DNA from: Octopus bimaculoides
Lineage: Eukaryota
NCBI RefSeq assembly: GCF_001194135.2
Contig: NC_068985.1
Span: forward strand, 78,529,798 to 78,569,317
DNA: 39,520 bases
Direction: 5' to 3'
Every line of letters starts with the position of its first letter. The stretch's first letter is position 1. This document shows, piece by piece, positions 1 through 11,344 of the stretch. The notes under the pieces were generated by a model. The model saw nothing but the letters and a program-made list of their open reading frames with translations, was not told the DNA's origin and did no database searches. A program made the position numbers and the translations under genes.

Positions 1-850
1 CTCACAACAACAATAGCACTACCTGAATATTTACCTGAATCTCATAATCATTGAGACAGAAAGCCTGTCTGTTCAAACCTGCAACTCTGTTGGGAAACAA
101 CCTGAAAAATCCAGCAGAAGAAGATTTGATTTGGTTTTTCTCAAACAAGAAAAACTTTGACCAAGATCAAAAAGTTAACAGAAGAAATGACAGACGGTTA
201 TGTGCAAATTCTTCTGAAGTTCCAAGTGTTCTGTATACAAAATTTCCTGCAACTGTCATGATTTCAGGGGTTTATCAGCAATGAAAAACATGTAATACCT
301 CCTTAATTCTTTCCACAAGGCCTTAGAATTAACTCTGCCACCTACATTGAGGTCCTGGAAACAATTGTTAAGCCCTGGATAGACAGTGTATGCAATGGAA
401 GGCCATATGTGTTTCAGTAAGACTCTGCACTATTACACATGGTTCTAGTAACACAGGAATGGATGGTTGAAAATTTTCATGATCACATAACCCCTAACAT
501 TTGGCCTCCTAATTACCCACATCTCAATCCATTGAACTATTATATGTGGAGCATTGTTGAGGGAGAGGTCAATGAACACACCCATAATACCAAAGATTCT
601 TTGAAAGCTGCCATAGTCAGAGTAATCTTCAAAATGAACCAGGACTACTTGATTCCAGCATGTAGATGATTTAGATCTCATATAGAAGCAGTTGTTGAAG
701 CTGAAGGTGGCTTTATTGAATAACATTATAGAATAGAAGGTTTATTTTTATCCTCATAGCATTTTTTGATAAATAAAGTTATTATCTGTTATTATATATC
801 GTCTTTTTTATAAACATAAATCTGTCTTCAAATATTTTACACACCCTGTA
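1..850 (+). mobile_element. Degenerate Tc1/mariner transposon, maT (DD37D)-like, 3' half with right TIR
   Basis: Broken frames read TKFPATVM..., NEKHVIPP*FFPQGLRINSATYIEVLETIVKPWIDSVCNGRPYVFQ*DSALLH...WPPNYPHLNPLNYYMWS. There are 37 residues between the second catalytic D and the third position (mutated to N). The element ends ACACCCTG followed by TA at 849-850. Confidence 0.85.
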
Positions 851-939
851 TGTGTATGTGTGTGTGTGTGTGTGTGTATGCACACACACATTCATACATA
901 CATACATGCACTCATAAATTCGTATATGCATGCATGTAT

Positions 940-1170
940 AGTTGCATCTGGTGACTCACATACTACTGGTGCCATGATAATACCATTTACTCTGTAAAGT
1001 GACTGGTATTAGGAAGGGCATCTAGCCATACAAACTACACCAAAGTTGAGACATGAAAGCATGATGTAGTCCTTTGACCAATCTAGAAAAGAAGTAACTC
1101 TAAATAAAAAATGGCCTGGACTGCCTGTTCAACCAATGCCATCATGGAAAGATAGGTGTAAATATGATGA
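940..1170 (+). mobile_element. Decayed RTE-tailed SINE or RTE 3'UTR remnant
   Basis: Contains the motifs actctgtaaagtg..attaggaagggcatc.agcc and catggaaag..gtaaatatgatga. These resemble the better-preserved copies at 8985-9217 and 12480-12722. Confidence 0.4.
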
Positions 1171-1650
1171 CTGGTGATTGCTGGTGAGTGACGATGATTG
1201 CAGTGGTGGTAACAAAAAGGATGAGAATAATGACGAAGGCTAACAGTGATTGTGATTTTCCTAAAATCCATCCACCATTGCAGCTGGGAAGTTAACACAA
1301 TAAAGCAAGATTAAAATACTCACCACTGGATATAGCCATGATGACGTTCCAGCTTCTGGTAATCACCAAACCATTTTTCTAGAATGTTTTCTATATAATC
1401 ACCTTTGAAAAGAAAGAAAAAAATAATAAGTCATAAAAAATATAATAAAATGAAAAATAAATAAAATAAAAATTTTTGAATCTAAAACATTTTNNNNNNN
1501 NNNNNNNNNNNNNNNNNNNNNNNNNNNNNNNNNNNNNNNNNNNNNNNNNNNNNNNNNNNNNNNNNNNNNNNNNNNNNNNNNNNNNNNNNNNNNNNNNNNN
1601 NNNNNNNNNNNNNNNNNNNNNNNNNNNNTATATATATATATATATATATT

Positions 1651-1835
1651 ACTCTTACTTGTTTCAGTCATTTAACTGCGGCCATGCTGGAGCACCGCCT
1701 TTATAGTCGAGTAAATCGACCCCAGAGCTTATTCTTTGTAAGCCTAGTACTTATTCTATCGGTGTCTTTTTGCCGAACCGCTAAGTTGCGGGGACGTAAA
1801 CACACCAGCATCGGTTGTCAAGCAATGCTGGGGGG
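1651..1835 (-). mobile_element. 3' half of abundant tRNA-derived SINE (same family as 19355-19765)
   Basis: Near-identical to 19360-19535: gtttcagtcattt.actgcgg.catgctggagca.cgcctt...ttttgccgaacc..taagtt.cggggacgtaaacacaccagcatc. Confidence 0.75.
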
Positions 1836-1854
1836 ACCTTATATTGGAAGTCTG

Positions 1855-1970
1855 TCCGTGGGTGTAATTTACCATGGTGGAATATACCATGGTGGAATTT
1901 ACCTATGGTGAAATTTATCTGGTGGAATTTTCCGTGGCGGAATTAACAGCAGTAGAATTTACCTAGAATC
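1855..1970. repeat. Degenerate ~15-bp minisatellite (consensus ~ACCATGGTGGAATTT)
   Basis: About 7 units: gtaatttaccatggtggaatataccatggtggaatttacctatggtgaaatttatctggtggaattttccgtggcggaattaacagcagtagaatttacctagaatc. Confidence 0.7.
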
Positions 1971-2199
1971 AAATAAAGATGACATGTAAGATGACAGAAA
2001 CCAACTTACCATCTGGTTCAGACTTTCTTTCATTTCTGTAGAAGTCCAGATTTGGATTATGATCTTGACTGGTGTCATGGAATTCCGGTTTAGATTTTTG
2101 CTTCACAAATTATTTATTGAAAATAGAAAAGAATGCAATATTTCTTACATCAAACAACCATATCTATAACTGTAAAAGAGAGTTTGTGTGTGTGTGTGT

Positions 2200-2300
2200 G
2201 TGTATGTTCCTTATGCATTCCAAAACTGAGTTGCCGATTTTCATGTAAGGAGTATCAAAAGATTCAGTAAGCTTTTGGCTACCAACTAAACTATATTTTC
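2200..2300 (+). repeat. Dispersed repeat fragment with an inverted counterpart at ~11140-11205
   Basis: aaaactgagttgccgatttt at ~2222 is the reverse complement of aaaatcggcaactcagtttt at ~11181. The flanks also match (gtatcaaaaga.tcagtaa). Confidence 0.55.
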
Positions 2301-2732
2301 ATTCATATATTTGTATTACAAAAATTTAACATTATCATTTTTCTTTTAGTTACCTATCAACATTTTATATCAGCACCACAATGACGATGACATCACATTT
2401 TCTATATGTGTGTGTTCGCACATTCGTTACCTAAATTAGGCCGATGACTGACAAGTATATGTGAGTGACTGTGTATATGTCTGTCAGTATACATACATTT
2501 TTGTGACGACTGACACACACACAGGGACAGAGATAGGCTTCATCTGTGCGTTAATGTACATGTGTGTGTGTCTCTTAGTTTATGTATGCAACTTCCTCTC
2601 CTCCCAACAGTGAAACGTGCGGATATTGAAAGCTTACTTGCGGCTTAGACTTCAAACAAACAACAATGTTCGCTTTCAAGTACTACCAACAAGAAGACTT
2701 GCCTGATTTAACACCACTCACAATACTCGCGG

Positions 2733-3110
2733 GTGCCCAGAATTAGACAGGCTTGGAGGAGAAGGGTGTGGAAGCTTAAAGACCCTGCAAACGGACAGAG
2801 ACTTAGAGACAAGTTACTTGAAGCATTTAACGAAATAGAAGGGGATATAGCATCATACAACGTGGAAGACAATTGGAGATTTCTGCGGGACAACCTGTTG
2901 AAAGCCACCGACCAGATTTGTGGGTGGTGTAAGGTCCCCTCCCGACCCAGAGTAACGTGGTGGTGGAACAAGGAGGTAGACAGGGCTATTAGACAAAAGA
3001 AACAGGCTTGGAAGGACTGGAAGAACGGTGGTAGCAGGGAATTGTACCAATGTGCCAGAAGGGAGGCTAGGCGACAGGTTTATTTAGCCAGAGGGGAAGC
3101 AGATAAGGAA
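2733..3110 (+). pseudogene. RTE-clade LINE fragment (endonuclease-RT linker)
   Basis: RRVWKLKDP...VEDNWRFLRDNLLKATDQICGWCK...TWWWNKEVDRAIRQKKQAWKDWKNGGSRELYQCARREARRQV is the typical RTE linker with a WWN motif. Confidence 0.85.
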
Positions 3111-3590
3111 AGATTAATTACAGAAATGTAATTCCACTCCTTCTAACCAGTTTCAAAATAATGTTTTTTTAACAGTCTTTGTATTCTTCAGTATGAGCAT
3201 CAACATCGCCCAACCTTTTTACTGCGTTATTCAGTATCTATTCTACAGCCTATAATATTACACAGTTCAAAAACAGCATCCTCCTTTTTATTCACTTTGT
3301 TCAGTATTCGTTTCAAAATTGTAAAATAAATCATTTTTGTATGTAAAACTGAATTATGCCTTTTGAATTTTCTTGGACTTTCACTTTCTTCACCATGACA
3401 TTCATTCAATCGTGGATCTTATAACATTTAGTACACGTTCCAAATAAATGTTGCACTCACATTAACTACATTTTGTTTCACATGAACTTCGTATGTGTAC
3501 GTTTTGCTGTTTTCAATATGATTAATTCTATGAGTGTATGTGTTTCTGCATTTGTTACATCTATAGCAAACTATAGTAAAGAACATTTTA

Positions 3591-3876
3591 CACTGTTTTA
3601 ATGAGCCCACATCTAATGAAGTAGCCATCCTTATGGTTGGTGATCCCCATGAAAATCATAATATTCTCATTCATGTTCAAGATAACAACCTTAAACGTGT
3701 TTCACAGACTCATCCCTCTTATGATGCTCTCCAATATAATCTCATTCTGTGGAATGGACAAGATGGGTATTATTTCTATATTCCTTGGATTGAACCTGCA
3801 ACAGGATAGCCACTTACAAACAAAAAGGTGTTGTCAAATGACTTCTATTCTTACCAACTGATGTTAAGACCAGAAT
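3591..3876 (+). pseudogene. Helitron RepHel fragment (Helitron-like N-terminal/Rep region); missed by the ORF track
   Basis: The frame with AAT at 3600 reads HCFNEPTSNEVAILMVGDPHENHNILIHVQDNNLKRVSQTHPSYDALQYNLILWNGQDGYYFYIPWIEPATG*PLTNKKVLSNDFYSYQLMLRPE*. This matches the Helitron motifs NxPTxxEVA, HxSYDALQYPL and FYxYxLMxR. Confidence 0.85.
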
Positions 3877-3877
3877 A

Positions 3878-4076
3878 ATCAAATCCTTTCTATTATAGGT
3901 ACAAGGCCTGAAATTTCAGGGGAGGGGACCAGTCAATTACATCAACCCCAGTGCCTCACTGGTACTTAATTTATCAACTGCAAAAGGATGAAAGGCAAAG
4001 TTGATCCCAGCGGCATTTGAACAGGTGAAATATCACTCAAGCATTTTGCCCAGCATGCTAACGATTCTGCCAGCCT
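3878..4076 (-). mobile_element. tRNA-derived SINE with Nin/Deu-like central domain
   Basis: The reverse complement has the head gctggcagaatcgttagcatgctgggcaaaatgctt, a B-box-like gttcaaatgcc, and ctttgcctttcatcc...gataaattaagtaccagt...cactggggttgatgtaattgact. Confidence 0.8.
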
Positions 4077-4570
4077 TCCAGAACAATCAAATCAATTACA
4101 CATGTCAAATAAACTTAATTTTCATTTACATATTTTCTACATTATCTCAATAACCAGCTATAGTTATTTCAAATACACTTCTCTACAATGACCAAGCTTC
4201 ATTAGAAAATGAAAATAATTTCACACTTTCAATTTGAACCAAAATTACAAAGTGTTGCATTACAAGAGTGACAATGTGTGAATAATGAAAGTAATGTTTC
4301 TCCAAATTAGTCATTCAGGCAATATTTTGGCTTGCTTCTAATGTATAACTTTTGTATGATGTTTCACACATGCATAGAATTCTACTCAGACAAACATTTG
4401 TGAAAATGTACACATAAATATTGTATTAAGATAAGGCACAACCCAAAAAATTGCATTGAAAAACATCAATTTTTTTATATGTTATAAGGAAATACAGCCT
4501 CTCTCTCTGCCTCTGTCTCTCTCTCTCTCTCTCTCTCACGCACAAAAAAGATGTATGCATATGTATTTAT

Positions 4571-4655
4571 GGGCGAAGGTTAAGAATATGCACTCCCAGT
4601 ATTTAGGGTTAGGGTTACGCTGAAAACGGGTGGTGTGCGTATTCTTTACCTCCAC
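4571..4655. mobile_element. Tiny (~85 bp) MITE with internal TTAGGGTTAGGG, possibly Merlin-like
   Basis: Inverted repeat aggttaagaatatgcac (4577-4593) / gtgcgtattctttacct (4635-4651), 15/17 matching. Flanks gtatttat (4563-70) and ttatttat (4656-63) resemble an 8-bp TSD. Confidence 0.6.
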
Positions 4656-4683
4656 TTATTTATGTACATGTATATGAAAGATA

Positions 4684-4684
4684 A

Positions 4685-4728
<44 letters not shown>

Positions 4729-6134
4729 TGGGTGCCACTTGCACATATATGCAAAGAATTTCATACGTCACAACACACACCTTCACTCACTCTCTCTTTA
4801 TCTCTCTCTCATACACACATCCTTTTCATATACACGTACATCTTACACTTTCTCCTCTCTTCTACTTACTCCTCTCACTTCAAAGCAAATATTGCCCTTT
4901 TACTTTATCCTCTCCCTCAATTTCTGTTAGGGAAATTAACAAACAATCATATGATCCCATATATTTTGAGTTGACAACTTTGCTTCTTATGCCATAAAAT
5001 AATTTCCTTTCACACATACACATGCATGCACACATTCTAGGTAAAATTTGTGTGTGAATTATGTTAATTTTTGCAGTGTGCACGTGCAAATTTACAGCTC
5101 AAACCCAATTGAAATTCTCTTTTTCTATTGGGTAATTTGTGTTGGTGATGAGCATACTTAAAAACCTGATCTTTGATATAAACTTAAAAGGAAGTTTTCC
5201 CCAAAATCTTGTCCTTTACCTCTTCTTTCTAGCATGTCCTAGGTGACATTTCTGCCCCCTTTATTTTTTTTCCCTAAATTTCTTCTGATTCCTATGTTTG
5301 CAATACAGGAGATTAGGATTTCACCCACAAAACACGTTCTCAATATTTTAATTTTCTCCCACTCCACACCAAATTAATTTTTTACTTTTTTTAAATTTTT
5401 ATTCTTGGTAATCCATGGAGAAAAAACAGACTACAAATTTTTAAAATTTTTACCCATCACCTCACCAATGTGCACTTTTAGCTTTTTGGAAAGTAGGGAA
5501 GTTTCTTCAGAAATAATGTCGTTTACCTGTTGTTTCTTGCATGTCAGGTTTTCTGCTGGTGGTCTGGTATTTTTTAAGTCTACTATTTCAGTAGAATTCT
5601 ACGCATGCGGGGAAACAACAGACAAAAGTGAAAGATTGGGAGATTTTAGCTTTTTGAAAGCTGGTAGGTGTGATGGGTGGACCAGGTGGGGGAAGGGGCT
5701 GTGAGTGTTTTTTTTTTTAAAGAAAAATTAAACTATAAAAAAAATATTTATATATATTTCTCACATTCGTAATCTCTGTATTTTCCTATGTAGATAACAA
5801 AAAAAAAAAATTGAAAAAAGTTACAAATTAAGAAATTGCAGTGGGGATAGAGGGAAATTGAAATTTTGAAAATGTGATTTCTGGACAAAATCGTATTAAC
5901 CTGCTTTTATACGATGAAACAAAACATAGTTTCTGATCCTTCTTAAGAACAGAAAGCACTTTCATGCAAACCCATGAAAATTGTACCCTGGCCCTTCACT
6001 ATTAAACAAAAAGTAACTTCCATTATTCCATTAACTATATATCAGCTGTGCCAATTCTGCTCATAAGAAAGGAGCAAATAATACAATGTGCTTCTATGTC
6101 ATAACACCCAGGCAACGCCGGGAGACATTGCTAG
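4684..6134 (+). mobile_element. Non-autonomous Helitron-like element, copy 1
   Basis: 3' hairpin cccaggcaacgccggg (6107-6122), then CTAG (6131-6134) followed by T. Colinear with the inverted copy at 9256-10960. The 5' boundary is approximate. Confidence 0.65.
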
Positions 6135-7137
6135 TATTTGTTAAATAGAAACATTTATTTATTATAACTATTTCTATGTCACTGAAAACAGAGCCTTTAG
6201 ATTCATTTGCACCACATTCATAGCTTTAGTATTTCATTATACCTCCCCCAGGGATAACATTAATTGAAGTTAGGCATTGTGGGATAAAAGGGGTTTTTTT
6301 TTTTTTGTCATGCCATAATATGAAGGAGAGAATGCAAGTGAGAGGTGTAATCTGTTCAGCCAATAAAATGATTTATTTAAACATCTTAAAATTAGAAGTT
6401 GTTGATTTCTCAACAGAACAGAAAGAAGGGCTAATAGATTATATTCCTTGGCAGAGAAATATAATCTACTAGAAATATAATCTTCCCTAATGTATAACTG
6501 GTACTATTTTATTTACTCCCATTGAGATGAAAATTAAAACAACTTGCATTGAAGACCAAACATTTGAAAGGGAGGTCTGCAGTTATTTGAATTTACCCAA
6601 GTGTATGACAGCTACATGATGACATGTGGATTGGAATAAAATCATTGAGAAATGCTGCCTTAGACTATCAGATGAAGAATTTTAAAAAATTATTCAGAGA
6701 GGTGTTTAAAAAATGATAAGGCATCCTAGTACCCTGTTAATATCCTTATTTGAATTGAACTCAGTACCTATTTATTCACCAGTACTTTCTCAATAATTTG
6801 GTCACTGATTTACTATGCCTGTTCTATATCTCTTCTGTTTCTGCAATAACAGTCACTGCTTCTTTGAACTTTATTTCCTCTGTAGTGCTCCCACATAAAC
6901 CTACACATGCCACTTTTTTGTAAACCTCTCACCACACCTGCTTGGTTTCACCAGAACCTTCTACTAAATACTTCTCCAATCCTTCCTACCTAAAACTTAA
7001 CCTTTTTGCATTTAAGTTTATGCTAATCAAAAAACCATTCTCATTCATCAGCCATATTGTATAATTACCCCCAATAAATAAGCTCAGAAAAGCTTTTGGG
7101 CACTTCTCTTTTTTATTCTTAAACCAAATAATCTTAC

Positions 7138-7830
7138 CTTGGAAAGTTCTTCTTTGGAACCCGTCTCAGTTTGGGCTTCTTGGTTGTAAATCTCAGTTTG
7201 ATGCACTTGTTCGCGTCTCTTCTTCTTCTTTTTACTCTTGCGGATTTTCTCAGTTTTAGGTTTTTTTTGGTCGTCAGTCTTAGATTCATGTTTTTGGAGG
7301 TATGTCTTAATTTGATCTTCTTGGTGGCATATTTTTGGGGCATGTTTTTGCGGGTGTATCACAGTTTGACTTTCTTGGAGGTCTGTCTCAGTTTGGTATT
7401 CTCCTTGGTGGTCTCCTTTTGTTGCATTTTCTTCGGAGTATATCTTTGTTTGGTCTTCTTGGTAGTCTATCTGACTTTGGTATTTTCGGTGGTCTGTTTC
7501 AACCTGGTGTTCTTCTTGCTGGCATTTATTAGTTTTATCTTTTTCTTGGTAGTCAGTCACAAATTCTTGTCCTTGGTGATAGCTCTTACTTTGGTCTTGG
7601 CATCTGAGCTCAGTTACGCCTTCTACATATTTTATCTTAGTTTTGTCCTCTTCAGTTTGATGGTTTTGTTCCTGTGTTATATCAATTTGATCTTTCAAAT
7701 GTCTTATCTCAGTTTGGTCTTCTACATGTGGTCTTATCTCACTTTGGGCTTTTTTTACCCCTAGGAGCTCTACTGTAGTTTGGTCTTCTGGATTATCTGT
7801 TACAGTTGAAAATTTTGATGGCCAAAAGAC
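7138..7830 (-). CDS. Probable internal host-gene exon (693 nt, phase 0/0) encoding a Q/E/D/T/K-rich 9-aa-repeat region
   Basis: The frame is open from 7830 (VFWPSKFSTVTDNPEDQTT...) to 7138 (...GSKEELSK). The acceptor is ttttttattatag and the donor is AAG|gtaagat; the length is divisible by 3. Units resemble DYQEDQTKI, and there is a basic KKPKTEKIRKSKKKKKRR stretch. Confidence 0.7.
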
Positions 7831-7992
7831 CTATAATAAAAAATTATAATATTACATGCATAAATTTCTCATTATTTAATTTGATATTCATCATCATTAT
7901 TTAGATTGTACAGGCATCTCCTGCATTACAGAAGTATTACGATACTGAAAATCTTACTATAATGTAGAATTCTGTAATATTACATTGTTGTC

Positions 7993-8130
7993 GCCGTCAT
8001 CATTATTTAATGTCCATGTTCCATGCTGGCATGGAAGGAGCAGTTTGACAAGATCTGAGGAACCACAGGGCTGTGCCAAGTCCCACTGTCAGCTTTGGCA
8101 TGGTTTCCAAAGCCAACTACTCTACGGAGT
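7993..8130 (-). mobile_element. RTE-type 3' tail remnant
   Basis: catcattatttaatgtccatgttccatgctggcatgg is the reverse complement of the family tail catgctagcatggaaagcggacgttaaacgatgatg. Confidence 0.6.
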
Positions 8131-8735
8131 GTGCTTGGTACTTTTTTCATGAATTTTGGCATGAATATAGCACAGGCATCTCTGATGCAGTGGTGTTGCT
8201 AAATAATTTGCATGACAGAAAAATAACAAGGAATAGGAAAAGGAGAAAGCTCTAGCTACAAAGTGAGGGTGGTGGAGTATTTGAGATTGGGAGGTAGCCT
8301 TAAACCAGGTGTTGAAAGGCTAACATATGAAAGAGGGACAAGAGCAGGTGTCTTGGTATAGAGGAACTACATGGCTATCTCACATTATATAGGTGCGGGA
8401 ATAATTGAGAAGGAGACAAAAGAAGGTAATGATGGAGTGCCAGAGAAAATACTCAAGGGACAAGAAAGGTGAGCATAAAAGAGGAGACAGGCTGTGGGTC
8501 ATAGGATGGAAGGTAAGAGAGAGTAAATACTTCATAAGAGTGTGTAGGGAAACTAAGAGATGGTTAGAGACGAAGGTAGAGGTGAATGTAGAGAGTGATG
8601 AACAAGGGTAGAAATGCGGTTGATGGAAAATATATGTATAAAGAAATGTAAGGGTGGGGAGAGGGTGTAGAAGAGGCTCAGGAAGGACAGATAAGGTAGG
8701 GGGATGATATGCAAGGAGTAGGAGTGGTGAGAATA

Positions 8736-8768
8736 TACAAGGGGGTGCTGAAAAGTTCCTGGCTTTAA
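8736..8768 (+). mobile_element. Solo mariner-type TIR
   Basis: TA followed by caagggggtgctgaaaagttcctggctt, a mariner-style terminus. No partner TIR was seen. Confidence 0.5.
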
Positions 8769-8984
8769 GGGCATCACAAAGGGCCTGGTTAGAGTTCTTA
8801 GAGAAACTAAAGGACCACTGCAATAAGTGTGTGAATCTAAGAGAGGAATATGTTGAATAAAATCATAATTAACTGATTCTCCTGTATCTTCATTTACCCA
8901 AGGCTAGAAACTTTTCAGCATTTCCTCGTGTATCTATTTGTCTCTCGGTCTATATACATATATATATATATATATGTGCAGGTG

Positions 8985-9217
8985 GCACATAAAATACACC
9001 ATTTGAGCATGGCCGTTGCCAGTGTTGCCTGACTGGCCTCATGCGGGTGGCACGTAAAAGCACCCACTACACTCTCAGAGTGGTTGGCGTTAGAAAGGGC
9101 ATCCAGCTGTAGAAACTCTGCCAAATCAGATTGGAGCCTGGTGTAGCCATCCGGTTTCACCAGTCCTCAGTCAAACCCATGCTAGCATGGAAAGCGGACG
9201 TTAAACGATGATGATGA
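8985..9217 (+). mobile_element. 5'-truncated RTE 3'UTR copy ending in (GAT)n
   Basis: Highly similar to 12450-12722; ends ttaaacgatgatgatgat. Confidence 0.8.
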
Positions 9218-9255
9218 TATATATATATGTGTGTGTGTGTGTGTGTATATATGTA

Positions 9256-10960
9256 CTAGCAATGCATCCCAGCATTGCCCGTATTATTTGTTCCTTTCTT
9301 ATGGGCAGAATCAGTATAGCTAATATATAGTGAACTGGATTACTGGTGTAATGAAAGTTATTGTTTGTTTAAAAGTGAAGAAGGGAAGGGTACAATTTGC
9401 ATGGGTTTGCATGAAAGTGCTTTCTGTTCTTAAGAAGGATCACCAACTATGTATTGTTTCATTGTATAAAAGGAGGTTAATATGATTTTGCCCAGAAATC
9501 ACGTTTTTAAAATTGCAGTTTCCCCCATACCCGTCACAATTGTAACTTCTTTACAAACTTTTTTTTATCCATGGAGAAAAATACAGAGATTGCAAATCTA
9601 GGAAATATATTTTTTCTTAAAGTTCAATTTTTTTAAAGAAACACTCAATGCACCTTCCCCCACCCTGCCTACCTATCACCTACCTGCTTTCAAAAAGCAA
9701 AATACACACTATGTTTCACGCATGTGTAGAATTGTGCTAAAATAGCAGATGTAAAAAATATTAGAGCACCACCAGAAAACCTGACATGCTAGAAACAACA
9801 TTATTTTTGATAAACAACATTATTTCTGAAGAAACTACCCCACTTTTCGAAAAGCTAAAATGAAACATTAGGAGTTTGTAACTTTTTGAAAGTGGTAAGG
9901 TAATGGGTAGATGATTGGGAAGAAGATTTTAGTGTTTCTTTAAGAAAAAAGAAAATTCTTAAAGATTTGTNNNNNNNNNNNNNNNNNNNNNNNNNNNNNN
10001 NNNNNNNNNNNNNNNNNNNNNNNNNNNNNNNNNNNNNNNNNNNNNNNNNNNNNNNNNNNNNNNNNNNNNNNNNNNNNNNNNNNNNNNNNNNNNNNNNNNN
10101 NNNNNNNNNNNNNNNNNNNNNNNNNNNNNNNNNNNNNNNNNNNNNNNNNNNNNNNNNNNNNNNNNNNNNNNNNNNNNNNNNNNNNNNNNNNNNNNNNNNN
10201 NNNNNNNNNNNNNNNNNNNNNNNNNNNNNNNNNNNNNNNNNNNNNNNNNNNNNNNNNNNNNNNNNNNNNNNNNNNNNNNNNNNNNNNNNNNNNNNNNNNN
10301 NNNNNNNNNNNNNNNNNNNNNNNNNNNNNNNNNNNNNNNNNNNNNNNNNNNNNNNNNNNNNNNNNNNNNNNNNNNNNNNNNNNNNNNNNNNNNNNNNNNN
10401 NNNNNNNNNNNNNNNNNNNNNNAGCAAGAAATAATTCATACAGAAGTTTTACCAAGAGTGTGTGTGTGGGTGTACATGCATGCGTGCATACATGTATGTG
10501 TGTATTCCAAAGGAAATTATTTTATGGCATTCTTTCGTTGGAATTAAAGAAAGCTGTCAACTCAATCATATAGGATCACATGATTGTTCGTTAATTTCCA
10601 TAAACATTTTTAATTTCTTTATGCTTTGAAGAAAGCAGAAATTGAAAGAGAGGAGAAAGTGTAAAGGTAACATTTGCTTTAAAGTGAGAGCAGAAAGTGA
10701 AAGAGAAGCTGAAAGATGTATGTATGTGTATATGAAATGGATATGTGTGTGCATGTGTGTGTGTGTGTGTGCATGTGTATGTGTGTGAGAAAGAGACTGA
10801 GTGAAGGTGTGTGTTGTATGTATTTTTTGCATATACATGGAAGTGGGACTCACTCTCTCTCTCTCTCTCTCACACACATTATCGCTCATATACACATACA
10901 TAAATACATATGCATACATCTGTTTTCTATATGTGTGTGCATTTGAGAGAGCAAATGAGT
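9256..10960 (-). mobile_element. Non-autonomous Helitron-like element, copy 2 (spans an N-gap)
   Basis: CTAG at 9256-9259 with a degenerate hairpin. 9260-9960 is the reverse complement of ~5400-6130, and 10440-10900 is the reverse complement of ~4690-5070. Confidence 0.65.
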
Positions 10961-11344
10961 GACTGTATTTCCTCATAACACATAGAGAAATGGATGTCTT
11001 TTAATGTACACACTGATATAGAAAATGTGACTTTACCATTATTGTGGTATAAGTGTCATTTAGAATAGTTGAATTATAGAAAGATTATAATTTTTAATTT
11101 TTGTAATACAAATGTGTAAATGAAAATAAAGTTTATTTCTTAACTGAAAGATTACTGATTCTTTTGATACCCCATGCGCCAAAATCGGCAACTCAGTTTT
11201 CGAATGTATTTATTAATTTCCGTAAAAATATTTTATTTGTTTTTGCATTGAAGAAAGCAGAAATTGAAAGAGAAGAGAAAGTGAAACTGTGATATTTGCT
11301 TTGAAGTGAGAGCAGAAGGTGAACAATGTATGTGCGTGTATATG

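Noticed and set aside
3130-3590. Minus-strand ORFs with a CxxC motif, possibly a transposase
   Set aside because: They are short and interrupted, and I could not assign a diagnostic motif.
7171-7764. 197-aa hydrophobic plus-strand ORF resembling a membrane protein
   Set aside because: It is the antisense shadow of the repeat exon. Splice signals support the minus strand.
8240-8735. Purine-rich ORF-like tract
   Set aside because: Compositional bias explains the open frames, and there is no recognisable domain.
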